Positions 12,822 to 27,800 of a stretch of DNA of 64,000 bases are shown here, in pieces. The position numbers were made by a program, and so were the translations under genes. A model generated the notes under the pieces. The model saw nothing but the letters and a program-made list of their open reading frames with translations, did not search any database and had not been told where the DNA came from. How positions within the stretch are numbered: the first letter of the stretch is position 1; each line of letters opens with the position of its first letter. The DNA comes from Lingula anatina (Eukaryota; Animalia; Brachiopoda), in the NCBI GenBank assembly GCA_051362555.1, contig CM120642.1, positions 5,766,001 to 5,830,000 of the forward strand, in the 5' to 3' direction.

Positions 12822-15800
12822 TAGCTACAGTATTAAAGTAATGAAACAATATCATACTTAAATCAACAATCAAAATATTTTATGTTTAAGATGACACATT
12901 TTGCCCGAAAGACTGGTATCCATTTCAAGGAAGTTGCTACTACTTCCAAAACAGCAATGACATTGGTTATAATGGCTTCCAAGCCAAGGATTATTGCTAC
13001 AGTATTGATGCCAAATTGGCTAGCATTGACAACCAGTGGGAACAGGACTTCTTGTACTACATAGCGGTAAGGCACTTTCCACAACAAGCACTACCTTGGC
13101 TATTATACTATATAGACAGTTGCCTAAACAAAACCCCTATACTTGTCACAGTAGACTACAGCCAGTTGAATAGATTAAATTTGATTGGCTTTGTTGCCCC
13201 CCCTTTCCCCCCTGATACATGTACCATATAGTACATGTACTGTTGGATGTGAAAAAGACATAAGTTATAAACACCCCACATTTATGACCAATTTCAATTA
13301 CTCTAGTGCATCCACTGGGACTGGAGTTTTGTGGAATGTTTTGTTGTTGTAGTGGTGGTGGTGGTGCTGCTAAAATAATTATATAAATAAAAAGCTCAAA
13401 AACTGCTCTATATTATAGATCAGTTTTGTCATTGGTTTTAGATAAAGTATTCACTGATGATAAAATGAAAATTGCTGCAATTTTGAGGAAAATTCATTTT
13501 GATTGCTATAAAGGTTGGTTGTGTATATTTTGTCTTTAATTTACCAGTGAAAGTATGATTAATTAAATTGATGATTGGAAAATCTTTAGCTGGTGAACAT
13601 TCATAAGTATTACATTTTGTTCCTTCATATTTTGCATAGAATTTCTATAGCAAATCACCATTAATCACATCCCATTTGATATCTTTTTTGTCACAGAAAA
13701 CATATTACCCTCTGTCCGGTTCGGAATGGTGGATTGGTTTGGAACAGGAAGAAAGTTCTGTGAACAAATACAACTTCCGGGCAGATGGCTCCAGAATAAT
13801 GTGGGATTTTTGGAGTCTGACCGAGCCTGATAGTACTGCTAGGCATTGTGTTCGCTGTGAGGTGCACAAAAGCATGCAGTGGAATGATCGCGAGTGTGAT
13901 AACGTGGAAGACTTGTGGAATGTGATTTGTGAAAGACCAGAGGGTATGGACTTGTTTTAAATGTCAAGTTTTATTAACTTTATGTTATATACAGTGTAGG
14001 TTCTTATCACCCTTGGTTGTCCATTTCTCCTTGCTAACACTGTCATTTCTTCACCTTTTTACTTCCACACTGAGTTTTTGTTTAAATTACATATACATTA
14101 AATTTACAATGTGTATGTACCAGGTGTTTTTTTAATTGAAAATTTAGGTCAATGTTTAAATAATATTATTAAACATTATTTGATTGTGTAAAAAATAAAA
14201 GTTTGTAAATTAAATATTTGTGTTTATTTGTGCATAAATCTGCAAGGTTCATTCCACATCTTCATAATTATCGTTATGTTTGTTTTTAACAATGTGAACA
14301 TGTATTTTCACAGCACAAAAATATAGTATTTTAATGTAAAATATCCAAATTAAATTCAAATGATTAAAATATCCAAATAAAATCCCAAGAATATTACTGG
14401 TATGTATACATACTGGCACCTGAATAAATTGAGACTATATCATAATCTGTGTGTTGCTGATATTTTTCAGAATGCCATTTTGTTCACGTAGAGGGCCAAT
14501 ACATAAACCTCAATGCCTTTGATAAAACAGTAACATCTACAACTGTAGCTGATTGCAAGCATGCTTGTTTGCATGAGAAGACCTTCACTTGCAGGTAAAA
14601 ACATCAAAGCCTCTTGAAAATTTTTCTCATTTTAAGTTGAGGTCAGTATCTCATGTTTTAACATACTAGCTAGTGCATGTACCAGGTTTGTTAAATTTAT
14701 GCTTTAAATTATTCAAACTTAATACACATACGTGTACTGTATTTATCTTGATTTGCAAATTGTTACGCCAGGAGCTAGGAGAATGAATCCAAAGGAAAAC
14801 TGCAGAGAGGGTTTTATGTTCATGGCTTTGTCGTTTCCCAGCAATTTATCACACCTCAATATCTACCTGGCTATGTATAATAAGCCACCTGAGTGTATTG
14901 TTTTCACCTGGTTAAGACTGTCCTTGGTTTGTGACACCTTGTCAGTGCACTGTACCTGTCAGCCCAATGAGGGGGGTGGGTGTTGTTCTGATTGTCCTTC
15001 GGTATGTTACAGTGTATGTCCCAATGGTATTATCTGCCACCCTCGGGGGAGAAGGGGCAGGGGGGAGGTTGTACCTGGAAATAGCGTTTGTATATGTACA
15101 CACAGACAATACTTCTATTATATCCTTTCTTTTCTCTTCCCCATAAGTTCTTAATCTTTCAGTACTTAATATAAGCAGACGTATTAATAGGATAATTACC
15201 TTTAATTGCAGGTCTTTCAATTTCCGTGTGTCTGACAGTGCCTGTGACTTAATGACCCACAACAGATACACTATCACATCTAACCAGTGGGTAGAAGATG
15301 CCAACACAGACTATTATGAGAGACAGTGTACTACAGACCAAGAAAATGGTAAAAAAATGTTTGATTTATAGTATGTAATAGAGTATGTTTTATTGATATT
15401 TCATAATTTGAGGCATAAAAGTACAGGCTGCATTGGATCATGTTTGAATTGTTTTTCAAAATTCATATTTTGTCTTGTTTTAGAATCTCTTCATGTACCT
15501 GTACAGAAATTTGTTTTTAGTTGAAATTTCTAGAAAACCATATGAGTGATATTGAAATTTTAAAGACAGATTATGACAGAGGTTGCTACATGTATGATTC
15601 TGCCTACCTTGACATAAAATGTTACATGTACTCAACCAATACTTAGCTATCACAGAAAAAGATAGCAAAAAAATTGTTCAAAGTTTGTATCCTCCATTTT
15701 TCAGCTTGTGAACCTGGTTGGTTTGAATGGCGTGGGCAGTGCTATAGATTTTCAGAAGAAACACTGAACTTCCAGGATGCTGTGACTAAGTGTCAGACGA

Positions 15801-18800
15801 ATGGTGGACATTTGGCCAGTATCAACTCAGCTGAAGAGATGGATTTTATAAAAGAGAAAGCAAGGTTAGTGTTGTTCACTTTTTGTGTGTTCACAAACAT
15901 GCAAAAAAATGTGCCATCTCTGCATCCCAAATATGCATACTATATCACATATGCATTTTAGATCATATAATGTGTACCCTGTTTCAAGTTACTTTGTAAA
16001 CAGTTTAAAACTGCACCAGTTTTTACCATAACTATTCAGAGGTCTTGAGGAAAAGCATTTTGGTTTACGTACTAGTAGGCTGAATATGTGATATGTCAAG
16101 CCTTAATTGTACAATGAAGCCAAGAGGTTGATATGCATTTTATCATGCTATGAACTCTGTGTAAGATGGAAACACTTTCCCCATTGTCATCTGATTTTGA
16201 ACTGCTGTAAGATAGATATGAGATCTTTTCACTTTGTAATACATGTACATGACGTGCTCATGATTTTATTAGGTTTACTATAAAATTTTAGCATCTTCTA
16301 TGAAGGACATTCTTTCTACATTGGAATGCAGTGGGGAGGTCATGGCCATTCCTGGATAGATGGATCCAGTGTCTTCTACTCCAACTTTGCTCATGGTGAG
16401 AACAGATTCTTAAACAACTGAAAAAAAATAATTTGGAACAACAGGTTGCTGAGATAATTTAACGGTAGTCAAGCTTATTGTACAGTTTGTAATCAAACAG
16501 CTAGATTAAGTTTTTCATTTAAGGAATTGTAAGAAAACTAGATTTAAAACACAGCTTAAACACTTTACAACCATTTACAAATCTGTCATGCAGTTCTTCA
16601 TTTTCCTTGGTATTCAGGTGAGGGCCGTCTTGTGTCCATCACATGTGAGAACAATATGGCAGAACTGGACTGTGGTCAAGGACAGGTCATCAGGGTCTCC
16701 TACGCAAACTTTGGACGCACTTCTCTCACACACTGCAATAGTACCATACAGGTAACTTATTAAAATTATTCAGTAATCAAAAACAATGATTTTTTTCTTC
16801 AAAATATTGCTGTATGTATTACGTAAGTACCCTGTGTTGCTATCATTTATGTTGTATAAATAATTTTCGTTAAAATTAATTTGGACAATATATGATAAAT
16901 TTCTCCTGCAATAAATCAGCTACTATGATATTAGCCTAAAATCAAATGGAGTAAAATTAAGTACCAGTTATGTTATGTTATGAAAACAAACTGTATAATT
17001 TCACAGTAAATGTTTTCAAAAAGCTTTGTAATATTGTCATTAGATGTCTTGATATTGTAAAATCTTTGTTTTTACATTTCTTTCAGCAGTCTTATTACAT
17101 TATGATTTTGTTCTTATACAATTATTGTTAAACCATTAATTTTCAATCAAAAAGTGAAAAAAGGGTAAATGATTGGTTTGGTGCCTTAGACCCCATTTCC
17201 ATCGATTTTAGATCGATCTATCCCTGTGGAGAGTCTCACTACATTACTGTCAGCTTAGCCGGCTTAAGCGTCTGTCCCGCCTACTGAAAGCTGTAAGGGG
17301 GTAATTAACTATGGTGCGCGCTCGGCTGACTGCAATTTAGCGTGAACCCCCAGGGAGTTAGGTCGATCTAAATCTTAATCCCTGGATCGATCTAAATCTC
17401 TGGGAATACACCCTTATACTATTAACAAAATATTTGCTGGCTTATATTTTCTTCAGGGATCAGATTACATACTGACATTGTTTCTGTACATGTTCTACTG
17501 TAAACTGGAACAATGAAAACAATATTTGCCTGTATGTTTTCTTCAGCGGTCCGACTGTTTTGACCCCTACTCCTTGAACACAGTGGTGGACACCTGTAAT
17601 GGACTCCAGAGATGTAGTATCAATGCCAGCGCCAACACCTTCAGTGTGACGGACACCTGCAGTGGAGCCACTCGTTATCTTGAGATACATTATAATTGTG
17701 TTCCGAGTAAGGATTAATATGTAATTATATTATATATTAGTAGTAGCAGGATATGGCTCAGGTCCGACATTTTTGTGATATCCTACAATTGAAATACTGT
17801 TATTAATTCCCTCATGGTCAGTGTTTGCTTGTGTGTGATGAAAAAATGGAAACGGTACAAGCATGATGATGTTGATGCGCAATGTTTCTTCATATGAAAT
17901 ATCAAAGAGTTGTATAAGAGGAATAATTTTTATTGTTTTGATATCAAAACTTGTGTATAGCACTACATGGATTACACTTAAATGTAAATAGAGAACGAAA
18001 TGAAATGAAGTGAAATTGAATAAAAATGTGAAGAATTAAAAGGTGTCTTACATGAAGTATGTTATAAACACATTTTAAATATAAAACATAGATTGTATAA
18101 AAAAGTAGGCTAGTACTTCTAGTCTGGTGCATTTTTTTTCTGTTTTTATTCTTTAGCCAGCACCTTTAGCCCCTTCATAACTTCTCCCACTGGTTGCATG
18201 TGTTACTTTGACACGAACAGTTACGACTGCGCATGCTGCACTGCGGGTAACTGCCAATGCGGTTCCACTGCTCCTCATAAGTGTGGTCCATGTGGGCAAG
18301 CGAACTGCGCCAGTCAGCTCCCTGATCATGGTAAGAGTCGCTAAAACATGCCTTGTATATCTTAACTAATAGGTAAAGTATATTTTAATCAAAGCTAAAA
18401 GCATTTCACAAAAGCACATTCTAAAATGCATGGTCTTTACATTAAAAAAATAACAGCAGTATTTGTAATTATTACCTATATATACTTCAAATGACTGTAA
18501 GAATATATCAATATTGGTAATAAAAATATTGTCTGCATATTTTCTTTTATATATTTTGTTTAATTTAAAGTCATGAAAATTGTAATTTTCTAATCTTATT
18601 AAATATAAGTATATTAGATTTGATGATTATAGTTATTATATGAATTAAATTCCCTGACCCCCCCTCTTACGAAAAAGTCCTATAGGATCTTATAAAATCC
18701 TATAAGACTTTTTCATTAGCCCTCCCCCCCCCAAAAAAAAATAAATAAATAAAGGAAAAAAACAATTCAGATTCATGTAATTGTACGAAAAATGATGCTG

Positions 18801-21800
18801 ACATTCGGCTCAAATAACCCATTAATCAATACCAGTAATTTTGTCAACTTAGGAAACAAGACTTGTGTGATCATGTCACCAAATGATGACTACAATTGGC
18901 ACGACCACTCTTGCCAGCGCACTGACCAGCACTACCTGTGTAAACAAGGTAAATATTAAAAGGACTGTAGCACACAATTTTCCAAAATTCCTGGTGAGTT
19001 CAATAAATCTTTTGAACTGACCAGCCCTTTGAAAAAAACTACCAAACAGATGATGTTTTACACTTGTAAATGTGTAAATGTAAAAGAACAGTAGAAGTTT
19101 CTGCCACGAAGTTTAAATTATCGCGCCATCACCTATAAGCCAGTGCAGGGTTTAGGTTATTGCCTAGGGGGCAGTAGGACTGTGTGTTTCTGCAATTAGT
19201 TAACATGGCACTGGTGAGTCAACTCTGAGCCAATTATGACGTCACTATTTAGCACATCTTATTAATGGATTAAATTTATGATCAAAGGTTCATTGTATAC
19301 TTGGAGTATAAGCACCAGATTTTTTCTGAGGAGAACTGACAATTTTTTTAATTGGGAATTATTTTTTCCAGCACGTGAAGTGATCGCCCCACTGCGGTGT
19401 GTGACTCATACAGAGAGTGGATCAAACACAGCAACATGTCCTGCTGGTGAGTTAAATAATTGATACCATTATTAATTATGCTGATTAGTTTTAAATACAA
19501 TTAACACAACATCTGGTCAAGCTTTTGACTTGCTGTGTATTGTAATTACAGTACTCATTTATTAAAAAAAAAACAAAAAGCATTATTTCTCAAAACAATG
19601 TTGACAGTGGGCTACAACATCTTAATTTTTTTAAGGATCTTAAAACTGAAATGGTTACATATTGGAAAGAATTTATTAATAAAGTGAAACTGATAAATCA
19701 TGAAAAGAATATAATTAAATAAGAGAGTGGTTTTTGAAATTGAAGTAATAATTAAACTAAATAAGACCCTTTTTCTCTTGCCTAACAATGCTAGATTGGG
19801 TTTTATTAAAACATTACTATGTGTCCAGTGTCAAGAAAAAAAAAACTCGTGCTTGTGAATTGCATTGAATATCAAATTTTTGTTTCAGATGCACCAAATG
19901 CAATATCATGTCGATGCAGTTGTGCTAACTGGGTCATCAAAAACTATGGGAGTGTGTGTGACTGCAGCCTGTGTGGCACTCAGACAGAGGCTGTCGCACA
20001 ATGTTGTGCAACCACACCACCTGGAGGGTATGATCCAGGTAAGAATTCTCACACAATAATTACTCTTCACTGTCTTTTTATTATAATATTAATAACGAAT
20101 TCTAGAAGAAGATAATATTGTCACTGCACATTTTTATTGAGTGATAAGTCTGATGTTTTTTTTTTTTCAAATTTTTCAATTGCACTCTCATTTGCAGAAG
20201 CATTAGTGCAGTTATGACTGCACACCTTCCTAGGATAAATATTTACAATATATATATATATATATATGCACATGTTTAAGTCTTCCTACAACTATATGCA
20301 TGCATTAATGCAAATTTAACTAACACAGAATAAAGATCACGTAAAAATTGTACATTGATCATGAACTCAGTGCTACTGTAACAGTTGTCCATTTTCGTAT
20401 TCATCAGGTCCAGATTACCAGGCTTTCTTTCAATGTACCAATTTAAGAGGGGACCCCTATACAGGAGCAACATGTCCAGCAGGTGAGATTACTGTCATTA
20501 AGCACACATGTATAAATCAAAACTTTATTTATTTTACTTCATAATACTTCATATTTTAGTATAATCTTATCTTATTTGTAAAATTGAAAATTTTAATTAT
20601 TTATTTATTTGCATGAAGGGAAGACGGAAAGAAATACTGTAAGAGACTAATGGTTTACCTATTATGAAAGTCTGATAAAAGTTTTCATCTAATAAAATTG
20701 TGTTAATTCCAATATGAATTGTACCAAGGAGTAAACAGAGAAATAATGTAATGAAACTAATTATATGTTTTGACTTTACAGATGAGTACCCTACAGCTGT
20801 TGCATGTGCGTGTGGAAATTGTAACAACGGATGGTGGATTAGTGGAAACAACACGTGCACGTGCGACACCTTGGTCACCTCAGACTGGGTCGAGGCTCAA
20901 TGCTGTCGCATTTTGCTGAAACCAAGATCTGGAGGTAATATGGCAACGTCATGATGTTCAGTGCCTTTTAATATATTTTATACTAAAGTTTGTAACATGT
21001 AATATATATTGACATCTTAATTGTAACACATGAGGCTATTTTGACTTGACATATTGCTTCTTACGTGAGGGCACATGCAAACAGTTTATGTTATTTTAAT
21101 TAAAAATTTTGGAAACAATACCCCACCTTTGGTATCAAAAGCAGTAGGCTTATGTTTGTAAACTGACACCAATTAATAGTAGTTATACAGCTACTGAACT
21201 ATTCATAATGGAGTATATTTGTTTTGCAAATAAGCCACGGATTCTCACTTAATTCTAGGATTCTTAGAAGACCAGTACATCCGCTGGGATGGGGCGTCCA
21301 CCAATGGTTACAATCACTGGGACATGGGGTCCACCACTACTGCCTCAGGGTGCATGCAACATTGTGAGGGTCAGGTAAGGTTCTATTGCAACATTGTGAG
21401 GATCAGGTAAGGTTCTATTGCAACAATGTGAGGATCAGGTAAGGTTCTATTGCAACATTGTGAGGATCACATTGGATTCTTATAACACTACCATCATGAT
21501 TACTTAAGATTACATTATAATATAAAGTAGCATCCTAGAAACTGTGATAAAATAGATGATGACTTGATAAATTTAACAATTATGTCTTTACTAAATTTCA
21601 AATGTAATACAAGCACTGTAGATAAAAAAGCATATAAATAACATTTAAATGTAGCTGCAGTGATTTCTATATGTGGAAAGAATGGAAACTGAATGACATG
21701 AACTTCAGGTTGGCTGTCGTTCATTTGACTGGAACCCTTCCAATGGCCATTGTTATCTAAGCAAAGACACACACCGCACCTTAGGAACACCTGGCATCAC

Positions 21801-24800
21801 AACACAAGGAACAACTCATTTATATGAAAGATACACTGCAACAATGGAAGGTAAGGATACAGTGATAGAAGATGTATTATAAATTATATATCTTATGTGT
21901 GGCGTAATGGCGTAAGTTTATACATGTGATATGTGTGGTATGATATATTTAGAGATTTATGTAGAACATAGGGCCTGTAAATGTAACTGAAATATACATT
22001 TAGCACTCGATCATTAAGTTATTAGTATTGTTACACTAAAAGTATCAAAGCATTGTTCTTATAAAAAGAAAAAAATTAGTCCTTGGGGAATATTGACATA
22101 CACAAAAAGCTAATTTAAAATTGGTATCAATTTTTTCTCCGCCAAATGGTAATTATTATGATTGTAAGATTTATATAACCTACAAGTATGATCAAACAAG
22201 AATTATAATAAAAAAAATTCTGTAGTTCCTTTTCATTAAACAAGTTGATGGTAAATTTTGATGTGGTATTTTTATTGAAAAAAGATAATTGGAAATCTCA
22301 TTTTTGCACTTTCTCTCAACTTTTACAGACCATCCTAGTTTAGTGAATAACTACTTCCGGCGTATAGAAGGCTATTCCTTATCTGGACACAATTTTGGAG
22401 ATTCTAAAGCTGTATCACGTGATACATGCCTTCTTCTCTGCTTACGACACCCAGAGTGAGCATTTTAACTTTTTATTTAACGTAAAGAATTCAAAATGAA
22501 AATTTCAACTGTTTTTGTATTTGCTTAAAAATGAGCAGGGTGAGCTTTGGAACTTTAGTTCACAGAACACCGATTCTCCTAGAACAGAGAGGATCTTAAG
22601 ATGTCCTTGGAGAATCACCATATGTACTGAGTCGCAATCTCACCTGTGACACATATATACATATATATCACATATTTCAGGTGCAAGTCTGTGGACTATG
22701 ACTATGTAGCTAGTAGTGGATGCTGGCTGAACACAGAGACCAGATTGTCTCAACCTTCAAGTTTCAGTTCCTATTACAACTATGACTACTATGAATTTAT
22801 TGACAATGGCGGTAGGAAATTTTTAAAGCTTTCATGAAAACTCTGACTTGTCCTTTTTTATGCAAAGATTTAAAGTCTAAACAATATAAAATTTTACGTG
22901 TACAAATAAGCTTTTTGAAATTAAAGGGATAATAACTCTTCGTTTCGGCCAAAAAATGAATTTTCCTGGAGTAAACAACAATTTTCCCATACCAACCAAA
23001 GGTTATTGAATCCATTTTTACATTCAAAGTTAGTCCCTGGTTTTTTTCTAAAAAGTTTGGTTTTTTGTTAAAACCTCTTAAGAGATTTTAACAGAGTATA
23101 GCCATCAATGGAGGTCACGTGGTCTAAAGACAAGCTCAGATATCAGAATAATAGCTATAACTGCCGTTTTTGTGGTAAAACAGAATATATTATATTTCTA
23201 TGAGTTATTCACAATGTTTTTATTGTGAAATATAGATCTCATATGAAGAGTTATTATTCCTTTAATGTGACTCTTTTTCTGAGTGGATCTCACTTTGTTT
23301 GGACTGTTTATTGAATTCAACAAAATTAGATTATATCTGACAGTTTTTTATGGTCAAAACTGGAAGATAGGCATTGTAAATTAGGTAAGAAAAATCTGAA
23401 GCAAAAAAATAAATAAATAAATAAAAAATTCAAGAACATTATCATGAACCTCTGATTATTATTCCAGATCCTCAGATAGAATGCCACCATGTGACAGAAA
23501 CTGGGCATTATGCTCACTGTGGAATGATAGGTAAACCAAAAGTTTTCATACAATACAGGGGGTCCCAAAAATGTACACATGCACTCTTTGCATGAAAATT
23601 GATGGCCAATTACCCTTATATTTTGTTCTGATTAAGATATTCATTGACACTGATATAAGTCCAGTGAGTTAAAGAAGGTTACATTAGAATATGTCTATCA
23701 ACATACTTTTCTGCAATTTAAATCTTGATGGAGATTTAACTTGTACATGTAAGAATATGCGTAATGACAGTTATTTATTTTGAAATTCTAATAGAAAGGA
23801 TACATTTTTTACTGTGTTACATCTGATTTTAATATTATAGGCACATGGATGGACCATTTTAACATCATCGAGTATGCAGCATTGTCTGGTTACAATAATG
23901 CATATCACTATGGCACTACAATAAACAATTGTTTGAAACTTTGTCATAATGATGGAAGTTGTAAAACTATTGACCAAAGAGACATTGATACTGGGTGTAA
24001 GTATATATTTTTATACAAAGTGCTGTGATTCATACTATTCTGTTGTTAACCTGGAATGAATAACCATATGTCTGTCCGCGTGTTCTCTTGTCTGTCTGTC
24101 AGTCGGTCCATCCATCAATCTAACTGTCAGTGAACTGTGGACCAATCTCTTAGTCTGACTGTTTGTCTTTCTGCTCAATTCCTAATTAAGACTCGCCCTT
24201 TTGTCAGTTCTACCTTTGTAGTTTGAGGGACCCCAGATTACACCAATGGTCCTATACCTTCTCTCTTCTCTTGATTATACCTATGACTTGAGACCCATAG
24301 TTAAATGGTTCCTAGCCATAGGAGTTTTAAAATTATACTACACTGTAGTATGGAAAGACAGCAATATCGCCATTTGAAGCGATGTACTGTCGTACCATTC
24401 CTGTGTCTGATATTCCGCAACTTGTTAGTTATCTGGAAAAACATGAGCTTTTCCGAAGAAGAAACCTAGCTATCATGTTTTGTATTTACGCTTAGTCAGG
24501 TTTGTGATCATTTCTTTAAATTATTTTTCATGGATTTTTTTTACAACGTGGACACCCTGAATTATTTTCATGTTCGTGTGATAACAAATGTAAATTGTTT
24601 GTACCTGTTTAATCAGCCGTCATGCTGTGAAATCGGCTGAAAAGTTCCTATTTATTTCCTTTATCTAATATAAGAAAACTAATAACTGTTCATTTTTATA
24701 ACAATTTTCTCTTTACGGCTGATAAAATATACAATTAGAAAATAGCACTTTCTTGTACTTTTTAGTTACAGCTAAACTGTAGAATCATTTAACCATTAAT

Positions 24801-27800
24801 TTGTTTGTTTGAAGAAGTTTTTGTTTGCTTAGTCAGTGAAAATGGGTGAACCCCCCCCCCCTTCTCTACTTCTCTCCTGTTTGCGGATCATCACTGTATA
24901 ATACAAATATTTACGTCCATACATAGTATTAGATAACACACAGGTAAACTAGGTCGCCGGGTCGTTATCAGCCTCACCCGAGTTACAGTGTACATAAACC
25001 AGTACTTGATCAGTGATTTGGTCCAGTCGAACTCTGTGTTCCCAAATATTCAGCATCACACCATTTCTGAGACAGATACATGTGCCAGTATTACAGGTAA
25101 GCCAATTGAAAAGTTTTACTCAGATTTTATAAATATCTTCGTCTTAATGAAGAAGGAACAGTTCCTTGGTCGTTTATTACAGTGAACAAATTCATCAGCT
25201 GCATTATTCACGTACTATAAGCTACAAATATGGTTTAAAAAAGCTAAATTTCAGGCAACATATTAAGACAATGAAGTGTTGTATTCAGTTAGTAATAATT
25301 CTTAAGATTTAGCTGCAAGTTGTTTGTAGAAACTATAATTGAAACTTCACTTATTTAAACCTAAAGCTCCAGGCGTCCATATCCAAGGTAAACATCAGTC
25401 CGGTCATTTATTGGGACAGGTTAAAATCTAGTAGAGTAGGCAACATAATATAGTACGTTGATACAGGTTACATAATGGAAAACAACTGTCTTCAATCTTT
25501 ATAGTAAAGTCGATTGATTGGATGTCAGAGATTAATTTCATCAGCTGTCTTTTGTTATAAGAATAAATAAAGTAGTTTTTCTTCGATCAACAGCTAAAAT
25601 ATTGAAATTGTTTACCTCTAATATTTCGATGACTGTTAAAGCATTTTTATCAGATGGATTGACTGTATCCATTTGCCCGTGGAAGAGCCGCTTGTGTACA
25701 GAGAATTACTAGTTTTTTATCGTTCGAGGAAAAACAATAAGGACTTGGATATTAAGGTTTAACAGGAAAAACTATATAACTGTGAACTAGGCTGATACTA
25801 CCAGGCGCTCAGATAAGAGTGCATCGAGACCTTATAATTCTTACTAAATTAATAATGGTAACGTTAATAAATATTGGTGTTAATTTAAGAAGTCAGCTGG
25901 TAGCAACAATGAGGTATTCATCGGTCTGGGTTACACTGGTCATTACACGATTTAACTTTATTTATCTATATATTAAAATTAATCCTTGTATATAAATAAA
26001 AATTTCCCTTTCATGGTGTTGAGTGAAATGTATCGCTCATATTTATCTTGAGGTAGTTTGAACCTAGCATACGCGTGTATGAGAAGTTCAGAATGATAGG
26101 AAGCATTTTAGACCTTAGAGTTTTGAACAAAACATATGAATTAATGGATTTCAAAATATATTTTCAGGAAAACTTTTGCGTGATCTGTCTCCAGAATGGC
26201 ATCTCAATCCGAAACGCTTCGGCCACTTGGCGGAACAGAAAACGCCATGTGTGTCTTGCACGAATACGGCAACACGACCAACGTGTTCAGCGTGTGGATC
26301 AACACGAAGACGCATGTGCCAGATGGCACGTGGGAGCGCTCTCTGATCCTGCTTCAGAAGAACTTCCCAACGCTTCGACTACGAGTGGTGGAACAAGGAG
26401 GCAAAAGGCACTTTAAGTTCATGGACGATCCTCACGTAGACTATGAAGTGAAAGATTTGAGCGACCCTGGTGACTGGATGGATTTTCATGAGAACTTGCT
26501 GCAGTTGAGGTTTGATATTAAGAACGGACCTTTGTGGAAGGTGATGCTTTTGCGCTTTCCGCAATCCTCAGGCAAGAACGAGGGTGGTGATGAGAACGAG
26601 TTTGGATTTGCAAATGTCTTGATGTTCGTTTTCCATCATTGCATCATAGATGGGAAGTCGAACATCATCATGCTCACGCGCCTTGTCCATATTCTGAACG
26701 CCATTATAGCAGGGGAGGCAGTAGAGGAAAACGATGTGACTACTGTTAAACCGACGGCAGAGCACCTTATTGGAGATGAAAATATGAAGTTTCGCATGAA
26801 GGATTTTATCCGAGTTGGAAAAGAAATTTACAACTTCTTGTTCCCCCATGAGAATTTATTCTTGAAAAAGTTCCCAGCACCGCAACTGGATGAAGGTGAT
26901 ACCGGCCGCACGAGGGTCGTTCCCTTGGAGTTGTCAGTGTCTGAGACAGGGAACCTGTTGGCTAAGTGTAAAGAACACGGTTCAACGGTCAACGGCATCT
27001 TCGTCGCCGCCGCCAGTATTGCATTGTCCCGCATGATCAACGAAGGTGGCACGCCACGCCCGTTGGACTTTCTCTGCGGGCACGCCGTTACATTACGCCG
27101 GTATATATCAGATGACATGAGCAACACGGTGGGATGTTTCATAGGCCTTCACCGCATTGGCTTTGTCACTCCTGCTGACACAAGTGACCAGCTGTGGCCA
27201 TTGGCCGTACAAGCCACCAAGCGCATCCACGATGATTTGGACCATGACAGCTTTCTCCAACAGCATCGAGTGGCCTTAAGTTTAGTTTCCGATAAGAACA
27301 TTAGGAAGTTGATATCGACCAAGATGTGCGAAAGCGAGTTCGAATCATCTAACATCGGGAACTACGACCTGGTGTTCCCGGCGGAAGATAAGCACGTAAA
27401 GGTCACCAAGGTCGTCAGTTCTACAGCCATGCAAGACTTGCACACGCCCTTCATTCATTACTTGCGGAAGTTCCGTGGGCGGTTCCTCTATAACTTGGAC
27501 TATTCAACGAACTGGACATCTGACCAGAATGCGAACAAGTACGCTAACATGACCGTCCAGTTAATGAAGGAAGCATCGAGAAGAAGCATGTGCACTTCTG
27601 CCGGAATGACCGCAGATGTCACTGTGCGGGCATCGAGCAGAATTCTTTGTCCGCCCCTTCCCAATTTGCGCGGTTTCATAACTATTGGCAGGATTTTGCG
27701 TTATGCGCGCTGAGGGAATGTATAAACCGTCCTCAAAGACTGACAGACTCGCTTTTTGCTGGAAACTAAAGTCATCTATTGGTATTCCTCTGCCTGGGCA

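Noticed and set aside
14761-15154. Possible solo LTR or 140-aa ORF in an intron
   Set aside because: It starts with TGTTAC, but no matching CA end or TSD could be confirmed, and the ORF has no recognisable domain.
21355-21469. CRISPR-like array (32-bp repeats)
   Set aside because: No spacers, and the repeat lies in a eukaryotic intron; it is a simple tandem duplication.
24343-24400. ~50-bp imperfect hairpin as an ncRNA
   Set aside because: Too short and unsupported; more likely a repeat remnant.
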